Shown: positions 39,470 to 48,199 of the stretch, piece after piece
Layout: every line of letters starts with the position of its first letter
How positions within the stretch are numbered: position 1 is the stretch's first letter
Virus record (IMG/VR): IMGVR_UViG_3300002503_000002
Span: 4,956 to 68,955 of that record
Strand: one strand, 5' to 3'
DNA from: a virus
Length of the DNA: 64,000 nt
Translations under genes and position numbers: made by a program
Notes under the pieces: generated by a model
Told to the model about the DNA's origin: nothing
The model's database searches: none
What the model saw: only the letters and a program-made list of their open reading frames with translations

Positions 39470-39939
39470 CTTAACTCCTCTCTCACCTGCATTAACATCT
39501 TCCCTAGTTTGTCCTGACCTTTCATGCCCCAATACCTATCCGATGGACTGGCCTCATGTATTATTGAGTCTCCTGTGTCTATAAGCAAGTCTCGTATATC
39601 AGGGTTCTGTGTGAACTTGGCTCTCAATCCTGTAAGCATCACATTATCTTTAATCATTTCCCAATCTGCACGAAATTCTCCTTGCTCTGAACGAAGGGAA
39701 TGACCTGCTTTCATGGCCAAGAAAGGAGAGGGTGCTGAGGCAATCCACCATTTGATAAAGTCTGTTGTTGCTTTCTGCGATTGATAATAATGTTCATTGG
39801 TGGCAAATAGGAATTTTACATCGCTATCCTCATTATAATACATCTTCATTTGTTGCGCCGCCCTATAGAAATTACTCAGGAATCCATATGGTCCTTTCGT
39901 TGTATAGAATAATATCTCTTGTGGCATATTATCACTCAT
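39466..39939 (-). CDS. NADAR (YbiA/DUF1768) family protein
   Basis: YGFLSNFY, EHYYQSQK, RADWE..K..VM...RAKF.Q, EASP.DRYWG and G...LGK.LM.VR motifs. Confidence 0.93.
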   Translation of the reverse strand: MSDNMPQEILFYTTKGPYGFLSNFYRAAQQMKMYYNEDSDVKFLFATNEHYYQSQKATTDFIKWWIASAPSPFLAMKAGHSLRSEQGEFRADWEMIKDNVMLTGLRAKFTQNPDIRDLLIDTGDSIIHEASPSDRYWGMKGQDKLGKMLMQVREELR

Positions 39940-40259
39940 GGGACTGCGACTGTCTTATGTTCTGTGCAAACAAATTTATCTAAATTCCAATCATACGATT
40001 CTGCCTTTTTCATACAATACTCAAACTGACAGGTATAGTAATGGTCCTTGTGTTGAGGATATGGGCATCTTGTTTCTAATTCGACTGTTTTGACCTTGGT
40101 GATAATATGTACATTTTCATCATAAGCCATTTCAGATAGATGTTCATTAAGAAACTCACACAACGTTGGGCCTCTACCATCACCCCATTTTGGTAAATTT
40201 TTCAATAAATCAGTTTCAGCCAATAACTCAGATGGCACAATGATTATAATATCACTCAT
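39936..40259 (-). CDS. Hypothetical protein with C-terminal Zn finger
   Basis: C...C..KA......VC.EH. Confidence 0.5.
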   Translation of the reverse strand: MSDIIIIVPSELLAETDLLKNLPKWGDGRGPTLCEFLNEHLSEMAYDENVHIITKVKTVELETRCPYPQHKDHYYTCQFEYCMKKAESYDWNLDKFVCTEHKTVAVP

Positions 40260-40591
40260 CAATAATCCCTTCTCTCTATATTCAATATTTTGAATACTCC
40301 ATTTGGTCTGTATTCTGCTACCCCGGAAATCCATTCATCACCAGCAGGACTATCATAAGTCTGAATATGGAATTGATATGTGTAATCGTTATTTGACATT
40401 TCCTCCATCTTGATTTTTTCTATATGTTCCTTATATTGATAAGAAGTCTTTTTATATTCTTCCCTATCCATCAACAGATAACGCAATATCGCTCTCCTAA
40501 TGATTATATCGTCAGTTTTAGATTGATTATACTGTACTGATAGATTTATCTTAGTATGACAAGTAGGACAGGTGATTTGTGATTCAATCAT
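40259..40591 (-). CDS. Hypothetical protein with N-terminal CPTC
   Basis: ITCPTC. Confidence 0.5.
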   Translation of the reverse strand: MIESQITCPTCHTKINLSVQYNQSKTDDIIIRRAILRYLLMDREEYKKTSYQYKEHIEKIKMEEMSNNDYTYQFHIQTYDSPAGDEWISGVAEYRPNGVFKILNIERRDY

Positions 40592-40741
40592 AATTTCAAT
40601 CCCTTACGTGCTTCCTTTCTTTTACGTAAAAATTCAGCCGCCAACGGAAAATTACGTTGAAGGGCTTCAATCATGTTATCTTGTTCTTTTATCAAGGCAT
40701 CACAGACAGGGCAATGTATATTTTCTATAGTAGTCATTGTA

Positions 40742-41158
40742 TCACTTCTTAGATAAATATCTGCTCATCGTTGTCAGGTTCATTAAATCCTGATGCATTT
40801 CTACAATCTCATTTAATCTGTTGAGACAATGTTTGCATATACGTTTACAGTCCTGTGAAGATAATCTATGGTAATCCACACCTATAATATCTATCCTCTT
40901 TTTATGACGATAACATAGGGATACCCACTTATAGTCCTCACCAACTCTTAATTGTCCTTTAATTTGTTGTTGTTTCCAATGTTTACCTTTCTCAGAACTT
41001 ATATTAATTATACTATAGACAGTATGAGTCCTATTTCTAAATGGTTTGATAAATAAATGGAAACTATATCTATTACGTCCATAACGCCAATAAGGTTCAT
41101 CATAAATTATCTTACTCATTTTAATTATCATTTGAATTCTCTCCCGCAGTTCCAACAC
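40742..41158 (-). CDS. Zn-binding hypothetical protein, probable paralog of 47627-47932
   Basis: H.V...SLC...ICKHCL. Confidence 0.5.
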   Translation of the reverse strand: MLELRERIQMIIKMSKIIYDEPYWRYGRNRYSFHLFIKPFRNRTHTVYSIINISSEKGKHWKQQQIKGQLRVGEDYKWVSLCYRHKKRIDIIGVDYHRLSSQDCKRICKHCLNRLNEIVEMHQDLMNLTTMSRYLSKK

Positions 41159-41574
41159 GTAATTTTAAATGCCATCGGGTGTTTCTTGTCATTCAAATGA
41201 CCAGCCTTTACCGCATACAAACGACCAAGAGGAACATATGTATAACAATCTGCCTTGTTTAATTGCACATCTGTTTTGGATTGGGCATCTTTGAAACATT
41301 TATCCGTACATTCGAAAGTTGATATACCATAGTTGGCCTCCAGATAATGATAAACACATAGCCATTCCCATGTAGAATGGATACGATGATAATTTCCTTT
41401 ATTTTGAGGACATTTCTTTTTCTTGTCTGATGTCCCATAACACCATAATCTGCTTTTCATCATTGTGAAACGACTATTCGATTCTTTGATACATGGAAAA
41501 TATTTGCTACCATATCCATGCATATGGCATTTTATCTTCTTTGGGTGTTCCCATCTTGTTGACATATTATTCAC
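41128..41574 (-). CDS. Cys/His-rich multi-Zn-finger protein
   Basis: More than 10 Cys/His in pairs; GGTGA SD. Confidence 0.55.
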   Translation of the reverse strand: MNNMSTRWEHPKKIKCHMHGYGSKYFPCIKESNSRFTMMKSRLWCYGTSDKKKKCPQNKGNYHRIHSTWEWLCVYHYLEANYGISTFECTDKCFKDAQSKTDVQLNKADCYTYVPLGRLYAVKAGHLNDKKHPMAFKITCWNCGREFK

Positions 41575-41576
41575 CT

Positions 41577-42239
41577 TTAATTATGCAAATCTACATTCAC
41601 CAGATAATACTCTATATCAGATGCATAAATAGGTGTTTTAATGATATCATTTATTCTTGTTGGCCATTGACTCAAATGATGAGTATTTTGTTCTATATCA
41701 TAAAAATAAGAATAACTGTTATATCTATCCTTTAATAAATTATTAGAAATTTTACGATAATATCTTATCATTCCCTTTGCATGTTTGGATTCTTCATGTT
41801 CTTCAAAAATCTTTTTCTTATACGCCTGAATTTCTATAAGACATCTACCTATTTCCATTTGCATTGAATTATTCGAGATTTTTATTAAATCCCATATCTT
41901 ATGTTTATTCGCCTCAACCACTGGAAGGACTTCAGTATCATATGGTTCCTTATTCACTTTATCAAGAAATTCGTAATTAAGGCGTATAGGGTCTAATCCA
42001 CCTACAGTTTTCTGACGATAGAAACCCTTCTCATCCACAATTTTTTCTTGTAATTGTTTACCTTCGTCCGTATTCCAAGCCCATGCAAAACGACCACCAA
42101 ATTGGTACCAATCCCAAACGCGCTCATGTTTTGGGTCATTACCTCGGTCGCTGTAATAGGGTTCCAAGAACTTCTGTATTTTTTCTATGGAGTCTTTCTT
42201 ATCCTTGGCCCTGATTAACAATATATGATTGAAATGCAT
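41577..42239 (-). CDS. Conserved viral hypothetical protein
   Basis: MHF...WDWYQFGGRF...VD.H pattern. Confidence 0.7.
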   Translation of the reverse strand: MHFNHILLIRAKDKKDSIEKIQKFLEPYYSDRGNDPKHERVWDWYQFGGRFAWAWNTDEGKQLQEKIVDEKGFYRQKTVGGLDPIRLNYEFLDKVNKEPYDTEVLPVVEANKHKIWDLIKISNNSMQMEIGRCLIEIQAYKKKIFEEHEESKHAKGMIRYYRKISNNLLKDRYNSYSYFYDIEQNTHHLSQWPTRINDIIKTPIYASDIEYYLVNVDLHN

Positions 42240-42244
42240 ATTAA

Positions 42245-42601
42245 CTATCCCCCCTCTATTAATTTAACCATAGTTGCTACTGAATTACTAATATCCTGAT
42301 ATTCTCCTCCATTACTAACTTTATCATATAATCCACAAAAACGTGGGTCATCCTTTTTTTCATCGTCGTAATAATCTCCAACGATGACTATTCTATCACC
42401 AGCCCAAGAACCTATTAATGGATTGTTAGATGGATAATCACCGCCACCACGACCATTACCTTTGGCCAATAGTAACGTCAATGCTGTCAATGTGCCTTGC
42501 GATGAACAACCAAACTCCAATAGTTTAAGACCATCACCAAATTTATGCGGGTGGAGATATTCTTTTTTATCTAGATTGACAATCTTGTAATATTGACCCA
42601 T
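42245..42601 (-). CDS. Conserved viral hypothetical protein
   Basis: MGQYY..VNLDKKEY...GSWAGDRIVIVGDY. Confidence 0.7.
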   Translation of the reverse strand: MGQYYKIVNLDKKEYLHPHKFGDGLKLLEFGCSSQGTLTALTLLLAKGNGRGGGDYPSNNPLIGSWAGDRIVIVGDYYDDEKKDDPRFCGLYDKVSNGGEYQDISNSVATMVKLIEGG

Positions 42602-42961
42602 TTAATCACTTTCCTCTTCGAAAACCAACAGGATGCAGAAATGTCCATTGTCGCTATTATCACCATCATTTGCCGTGGCTCCAAAATAGTAGGATGATTC
42701 ACAACGCCCAGTTTCATTATATTCATTTGCTTTCCATATCCCCTGTTTTGTAAGCCACCGAACAAAATCAACCATTACCGTATTTGGTTCCAATCTACCT
42801 AATGGATAAAGTTCCTTTACTTTTCCTGCATTTATGTCTTTCTTTAATTCCCTGACATATTTCTCTGCCAATTTAGGGAATTCCTTACCTCCCCAATGGT
42901 TGAACAGAGCCACACTTTCCTCAGTGCCATTCACAAATGATATACTTACACGGTCGCCCAT
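42602..42961 (-). CDS. Conserved viral hypothetical protein
   Basis: MGDR...LFNHWGG...DNG; AGGTGA SD. Confidence 0.65.
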   Translation of the reverse strand: MGDRVSISFVNGTEESVALFNHWGGKEFPKLAEKYVRELKKDINAGKVKELYPLGRLEPNTVMVDFVRWLTKQGIWKANEYNETGRCESSYYFGATANDGDNSDNGHFCILLVFEEESD

Positions 42962-42968
42962 TGTTATA

Positions 42969-43154
42969 TCACCTTCTTTCTTTCTCTTTCCTTATCTTAT
43001 CACCAGATGCTTCCCATCTTGGTAATGCACTCGATGGTACATCATTACATTCAGTAGTTTGTTTACATATTTCACATAGCCCATATGATTTCAAGATAGA
43101 ATCAGGCCAGTTTCTTTTATTGGCGCATTTATCACAATAAAACATAATAATCAA
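42969..43154 (-). CDS. Small Zn-binding protein
   Basis: YC..C...WP....SYG.CEIC....CND. Confidence 0.55.
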   Translation of the reverse strand: MIIMFYCDKCANKRNWPDSILKSYGLCEICKQTTECNDVPSSALPRWEASGDKIRKEKERR

Positions 43155-43158
43155 TCAC

Positions 43159-43404
43159 TCATTTTCTTCTATTAAAAGAAAAGAGGAGGACAAACGACAC
43201 AATTATACCAAGGACAAACGGAGCGATTTCCTCCACTGTGGTCCCTTTAGAATATTTCAACACATATAACATTGCATATAATATAAATAACATTAACAAT
43301 ATATTGCATAGTATGCTTGCACTAGTCCACATTATATCCCTAATCTGTCTGAATATTTCTTTCACCGTCATCTCTTTATCTCCTTTATAACTTTTCTTCA
43401 TCAA
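43159..43404 (-). CDS. Two-helix membrane protein
   Basis: Hydrophobic segments. Confidence 0.5.
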   Translation of the reverse strand: MMKKSYKGDKEMTVKEIFRQIRDIMWTSASILCNILLMLFILYAMLYVLKYSKGTTVEEIAPFVLGIIVSFVLLFSFNRRK

Positions 43405-43630
43405 GACCCCATTGATTTTTTATTATCTCATTTATCTCGTTAACAATATCACCGAGTCCACTTTCGAAACTCACTATAATATCATGTATATATATCCGAG
43501 TATTATTATCAATAAATTTATTTCTTTGTAAAATGGTAGATAGTTGTTCTATATGTACTCGCATACTATTCATCAATCCTAGACATGTATTCAGTTGATT
43601 GAATTCTCGTTCATTCTCCAATAAAATCAC
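43385..43630 (-). CDS. Helical hypothetical protein
   Basis: AGGTGA SD followed by TTG. Confidence 0.5.
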   Translation of the reverse strand: MILLENEREFNQLNTCLGLMNSMRVHIEQLSTILQRNKFIDNNTRIYIHDIIVSFESGLGDIVNEINEIIKNQWGLDEEKL

Positions 43631-43768
43631 CTATAAAATCCATCAGTTCGTCTCTACTTGATGTTATCTTGCCATCGTTCATCTTTATTTTCTTATCACA
43701 TTTCCACAGATGATTCAATATTGAAAATATATCATCTGATATTGTTAGATTGCAGGCATTACATTTCA

Positions 43769-44203
43769 TCATTTCACCTTCTTCAAGAAAGAAAGTAGCC
43801 TATTATTTCCCCATTCTGCCAATTCTGTCATCGTGGATAATGTTAATAATTTTGTTCTTTTTTCATTAGTCACTTTTATTGCTCTTGTAATATTTATGGT
43901 ATTGACAGGATATACAAGATTTTGGTCATTATCGAAAATAGGGTTATAATTGGAATCGGCGTTTAGAGATTTCCATGTCTCTATTGTCTTGCCTTTCTTA
44001 TCCATACGAACCCAAGTTATTATTGACGTTTCCAATGGTATGTTCAATTCAAATTTTTCAATAAAAGAATTTAATTTGCTATAAGTATCCAATTGACTAT
44101 TTACATACTTAATGTATTTCGTGGCTTTTTCTTTGGTAGAAAATAGTGCTACAATCGCATAATCACTATATTCGCCCCGTGAAACTACATACACCATTGT
44201 CAA
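43769..44203 (-). CDS. Conserved viral hypothetical protein
   Basis: VYVV..GEYSDY.I..LFST.EKA; SD GAGGGTG. Confidence 0.65.
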   Translation of the reverse strand: MTMVYVVSRGEYSDYAIVALFSTKEKATKYIKYVNSQLDTYSKLNSFIEKFELNIPLETSIITWVRMDKKGKTIETWKSLNADSNYNPIFDNDQNLVYPVNTINITRAIKVTNEKRTKLLTLSTMTELAEWGNNRLLSFLKKVK

Positions 44204-44234
44204 TGGTTCACACCCTCTAATATTATAAGGTCAG

Positions 44235-44314
44235 AAAAAAATATCCACACCGGGACGGAAGGAGGAGGGTGGCAAGAAAATGCGTGGGCAATTCTTGTTA
44301 TTCCGCCCGGTGTG
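44235..44314 (-). promoter_or_regulatory. GC-rich long stem-loop followed by a U-tract (terminator, attenuator or structured RNA)
   Basis: CACACCGGGCGGAA pairs with TTCCG(T)CCCGGTGTG; inner CAAGAA/TTCTTG stem; CCCTCCTCC bulge; T7 run follows. Confidence 0.7.
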
Positions 44315-44343
44315 AATGACCAATTTGGTCAATGTAAGGTTGT

Positions 44344-45228
44344 TCAGGTGAATGCTGCTTTTTGCAACTTCTCCTGTAATTTCTGTGGAGTCTTCGTTAC
44401 ATCAACAATCCATCCACCATTTTTGATTGTCAATGTTATTCCTTGGCTACCATCACGCTTCTCGAACGTAAAGATACGACCATTCGCCAAGACTAACATA
44501 TGATACAGGTTTTGGGCCACTTCCTGATATTCGTCCAGCCAATCCTGTACACCGAACAAATCTGGAAGATTCTTGTCCAATGCGATGCGGAACCGCGTAC
44601 CTTCCAAATCTTCTATCTCGGCACTAATCCAGCGTCGGTCATTCTCCTTATCTTCTCCGACATTCACATCGACAATCTCACCGAGCACCGTAAAATATCT
44701 GTTTTTATTGCCCGTTTTGGAGATTTCCACGGCTTGGTTGAATGTCGATAATTCCATAAGACCAACATCAATCGTTTCATCCGTTTTGAATGACGTATCA
44801 TTCGTGGTCCTATACGATGACGTATCGTTGGAAATAATCATAGTCTTTTGTAGATTTGTCCATCGAACGCCACTTAGATGCGGAGGTTCTTCCGGGAGAT
44901 TATCTGCAAAATCGAGGTCATGTAGATATATCCTACGATTCTTTCCATTCGCGTCCAAGACACGGAACCATACCGACGTTATTGTATTTGTCTTACGGTC
45001 TGTCTTTACGGCCTTCCCTAAATATGCTCCCTCCAATGTTACTCCCTTTTCCGTGAGTTTGTTCAGAGAGTTCAGGGCTCCAAGTCTTGTCTTAGAAACT
45101 GATACGGCATTCTTCAATTTGCTATCAAAATCAGTTCCATAGTAGTCTTTCAGTTTGCCTTCCAAGTCAGATACGGTATTCCTATAGGGTGTCATCTTGT
45201 CTTGCACCGTTCTTAGAGAAGCAACCAT
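44344..45228 (-). CDS. Putative RPA-like single-stranded DNA-binding protein (two OB folds)
   Basis: TVLGEIVDV...ISAEIED.EG..RIAL...VLANGRI OB pattern; own TATA box; higher GC than neighbours. Confidence 0.55.
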   Translation of the reverse strand: MVASLRTVQDKMTPYRNTVSDLEGKLKDYYGTDFDSKLKNAVSVSKTRLGALNSLNKLTEKGVTLEGAYLGKAVKTDRKTNTITSVWFRVLDANGKNRRIYLHDLDFADNLPEEPPHLSGVRWTNLQKTMIISNDTSSYRTTNDTSFKTDETIDVGLMELSTFNQAVEISKTGNKNRYFTVLGEIVDVNVGEDKENDRRWISAEIEDLEGTRFRIALDKNLPDLFGVQDWLDEYQEVAQNLYHMLVLANGRIFTFEKRDGSQGITLTIKNGGWIVDVTKTPQKLQEKLQKAAFT

Positions 45229-45229
45229 C

Positions 45230-45245
45230 TTATATAAACGTTGAG
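45230..45245 (-). promoter_or_regulatory. Archaeal-type TATA box (TTTATATAA) for the SSB gene
   Basis: Intergenic TTTATATAA; its position suggests the real start is the downstream MTPY. Confidence 0.5.
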
Positions 45246-45277
45246 TTTTCTATCTGGACAACAGGGAACACAAACAA

Positions 45278-45481
45278 TCATTCATGGTCGATTTCGTCCC
45301 ATTGAGGAGTCTCAGTGTTTTCTATAAGATGCTCTAGACGCTCCACAACATCGTCTAAGGAGGTTGTAACAGAAGGGATAGTAATCAAGAGCAACCAATC
45401 TTTAATCCACTTCCCGCTACGTCTTATTGCAACATGAGGCCGCAGGGGGTCTGGATATGATAGATGATAGAATTCGATTAT
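45278..45481 (-). CDS. Unannotated 67-aa ORF with probable ATA start
   Basis: GGGGGAGG lies 7 nt before ATA; open frame IIEFYH...EIDHE; overlaps the upstream stop. Confidence 0.5.
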   Translation of the reverse strand: MIEFYHLSYPDPLRPHVAIRRSGKWIKDWLLLITIPSVTTSLDDVVERLEHLIENTETPQWDEIDHE

Positions 45482-46146
45482 ACAGTTTCCTCCCCCTCTC
45501 TCTTTTTATCCACAACTCGTACTTCATTGATGATTCCCCCATTATGTATGTTGAAAGAGAATGTATAATCTAATTCTACTACACGGTCGAATAACATTCG
45601 TAACTTATCTGGTCGCTCAAATACAAAAGAAAATCCTTCCCATACTCTTTGGGAACCATCTACATTTTTGGCATATACAGACAATTGCTTAGATACCGTG
45701 CGTTTCAAAATTTCAAATGCTATTGTCTTAGGGCCATTGAACGAAAATCTCTTATTATCGATGTTTGTAAGAATGACAAAACTGACACGCTCACCCATCA
45801 TATCTATCTTTTCTATTTTGCCAATGTATATACCTGGTATAAGGTCACGTATTCTATATCGTTGTACTACGAATGGATTATCAATAAGAGCAGGACATAT
45901 GGGAACCGAGATATCATGTACAGTATCACTCATCGCAATAGGCATAGAACATGAACATATCTTCTTTTCTGCTGGATATACATATGGACATAATTCCGGT
46001 TCTTCAAAATTCTCCCATAAAATATCATCTCTGTCCTTTTCCTTTTTATGCGCCTGTTGTATATGTTTTCGCATGGCCTCTTCAGACCATTTTATTGAAT
46101 GACAACGAGAACATCTCCATTTTAAGATAGGAATTTTCTTGGTCAT
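45478..46146 (-). CDS. C2H2 Zn finger plus possible OB-like domain protein
   Basis: CSRC...MRKHIQQAH and a second Cys cluster. Confidence 0.6.
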   Translation of the reverse strand: MTKKIPILKWRCSRCHSIKWSEEAMRKHIQQAHKKEKDRDDILWENFEEPELCPYVYPAEKKICSCSMPIAMSDTVHDISVPICPALIDNPFVVQRYRIRDLIPGIYIGKIEKIDMMGERVSFVILTNIDNKRFSFNGPKTIAFEILKRTVSKQLSVYAKNVDGSQRVWEGFSFVFERPDKLRMLFDRVVELDYTFSFNIHNGGIINEVRVVDKKREGEETV

Positions 46147-46173
46147 TATAGTCCATTACTATACATTGGACCA

Positions 46174-46189
46174 TATTTATATACCTTTG
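46174..46189 (-). promoter_or_regulatory. Archaeal BRE-TATA promoter (CAAAGG-TATATAAA)
   Basis: TATA lies about 30 nt upstream of the ATG at 46146. Confidence 0.6.
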
Positions 46190-46197
46190 TATTTATT

Positions 46198-46395
46198 CTA
46201 ATAAACAACAAACCCTAAGAAACGTGCGAATTGGAGACAAGTATCACAATATTTGGCTATTTCTTTCGCTTCCTCGAAGGGACAAGAGCCATAATGATAA
46301 TGCGTTATTTGGTTTATTTTGTAATGTGTCAAGAAATTATAAGGGGATTCATCCTCGCTTGCCCCGCATATAAAACATATTCCATGAGGATTCAT
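46198..46395 (-). CDS. Zn-finger family A protein
   Basis: CFIC...H..H...C...YCDTC. Confidence 0.55.
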   Translation of the reverse strand: MNPHGICFICGASEDESPYNFLTHYKINQITHYHYGSCPFEEAKEIAKYCDTCLQFARFLGFVVY

Positions 46396-46694
46396 TTAAA
46401 CAACCACTTATAAAAATTATGACATTCTTCACATATGGCCATAACATTATATTTATATCCTATATTTTTTAAAAGCCAGCAACTAATTTCTATGTAATAC
46501 TTATTCTTATCGTAAGAAATTATACTATCGCGCTCTCTGTATACTGAAGATATTTTTTCTAATGGGTGGATATGATAATTATAATTAAGATAATGTCCTA
46601 CGATAAGATATTCGGCGGGATTTTCCTTACAATGATGACATACTTCATATTTCTCTCTTTTCAATCTCACCATACTCATCCTCACAAACAACAC
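46392..46694 (-). CDS. Zn-finger family A protein
   Basis: CHHCKENPA...C...ICEEC. Confidence 0.55.
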   Translation of the reverse strand: MLFVRMSMVRLKREKYEVCHHCKENPAEYLIVGHYLNYNYHIHPLEKISSVYRERDSIISYDKNKYYIEISCWLLKNIGYKYNVMAICEECHNFYKWLFK

Positions 46695-46992
46695 GACGAA
46701 TGCCAGCCATCCTTAATGCATAAAAACAGAACATACAAGGACGGGATAAACCACCCTTCATCCTAAATATATAAGCAGTAGAACCCTTTGCATTCCCATT
46801 GGCCCTATTCAGAGCGTCTATCTCACTATGGACCGTTCGTTCTTTGACAGCCAAACGGTTCTTTTCCTTATTCCAACCGACACTAATAGCCCGCCCCTTC
46901 TTTACAATGATACACCCTGTCCTCCTGCCCTTCTTGGGGTAGTCAGATAAAGAAGCAATGGACTGAGCCAATGATATCCAATCACGGGTCAT
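46645..46992 (-). CDS. Cytidine/dCMP deaminase-like protein
   Basis: GCIIV...GWN, HSE, PCMFC and AGIRRVV. Confidence 0.88.
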   Translation of the reverse strand: MTRDWISLAQSIASLSDYPKKGRRTGCIIVKKGRAISVGWNKEKNRLAVKERTVHSEIDALNRANGNAKGSTAYIFRMKGGLSRPCMFCFYALRMAGIRRVVCEDEYGEIEKREI

Positions 46993-47203
46993 TCATATAA
47001 CCATCCATATATCCGTATATTCATCCCTGATAAGATGATTTTTTCATGATTATTCCATACCATAATATTCAATACTATCCTCAACTTCTTCCCTTACTTG
47101 GTCAATATTCTTAAACATGGTTGTATTGAAACTTAATGTCATCAAGATATCTCTTTTCTCCATCGTCTCAGGGTCGATGACTTCCACGATAATATGATAG
47201 TCC

Positions 47204-47497
47204 TTATACTTTGTACTCATTTATTATACACCGTCCTGTAAACAACAATTCAAAAAATATTATCCTTATACACTCTTCACATAAGAAAGTCAATTGATGG
47301 TCAGGAGTAGCCATACAAGCACGGTTATACATATTCACTGATTTCAAAAATTCCCCAAACACAGATGCAATCAAATAATTACTAAATTGATATTTAATGT
47401 CATTCATATGAATTATCACATTTGTTATAGAATTACACTGAAAACATAATCCATTTCCTTCGGGATAAGCAGATATAAACGTTTTCATTTTAATCAC
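47204..47497 (-). CDS. Zn-finger family A protein
   Basis: CFQC....H...C...LCEEC. Confidence 0.55.
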   Translation of the reverse strand: MIKMKTFISAYPEGNGLCFQCNSITNVIIHMNDIKYQFSNYLIASVFGEFLKSVNMYNRACMATPDHQLTFLCEECIRIIFFELLFTGRCIINEYKV

Positions 47498-47626
47498 AAT
47501 GATATGATGTACAGAAACTTGATACTGGTTTCTTATGTTGATGCCAGTGTGTCCATTTAATTACCTTGCCGCCAGTACGTTCTATATTCTTTATTGCCGT
47601 GGCACATTCAATACAAACAATATCCA

Positions 47627-47932
47627 TCAAATCATCTCAATGAATATATAATTGTATAAATCAGCCATTCGTACAACTGTCCGTAAACATTTCTTGCACC
47701 AATGCGCCTTCGTTTCATCAAACATTTTACGATTGAATTCGTTTAAACTCCTGTTACGAGAATAAGCAGATATACGCGAGATATAATTATGAGAACCACA
47801 TAATGTTCCACTTTTACTATTGTTTACAAATTTATTATCTATTAATTCGTCATATGTTCTTTCTCGCAGAGAAAAAGAGATATGATACACTGGGGTTATA
47901 GTAGACGTTGCGATATAAATCATAAATTTCAT
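47627..47932 (-). CDS. Zn-binding protein, probable paralog of 40742-41158
   Basis: YH...TLCG...WCKKCL. Confidence 0.5.
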   Translation of the reverse strand: MKFMIYIATSTITPVYHISFSLRERTYDELIDNKFVNNSKSGTLCGSHNYISRISAYSRNRSLNEFNRKMFDETKAHWCKKCLRTVVRMADLYNYIFIEMI

Positions 47933-47938
47933 TTCATG

Positions 47939-48199
47939 TCACCCGTCACCTGTTATCAATTTAACACCATCTGCACCCAAAAAATGAATATAAAAACATA
48001 CTATCTGAAAACATTCATCACATAAACTAATTAAATGACTCTTTTGATGGGTACAAAATCTTTTTTCTACTACACAACGTCTTTGTAATTCATCGATACT
48101 TATTCTTACAATGTTTTGAGGAATCCAATTCTTTATGTCAGAAATATGGTACAAATTACTTTCCTTATTATTGCAATGTTTGCAAATAGGAGGAGACAT
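47939..48199 (-). CDS. Zn-finger family A protein
   Basis: CKHC....YH...C.H..LCDEC. Confidence 0.55.
   Translation of the reverse strand: MSPPICKHCNNKESNLYHISDIKNWIPQNIVRISIDELQRRCVVEKRFCTHQKSHLISLCDECFQIVCFYIHFLGADGVKLITGDG

Noticed and set aside
45291-45316. Hammerhead-like CTGAGA...CGAAA on the - strand
   Set aside because: The core lacks CUGANGA spacing, stem II closes poorly, stems I and III are missing, and it lies inside a plausible ORF.
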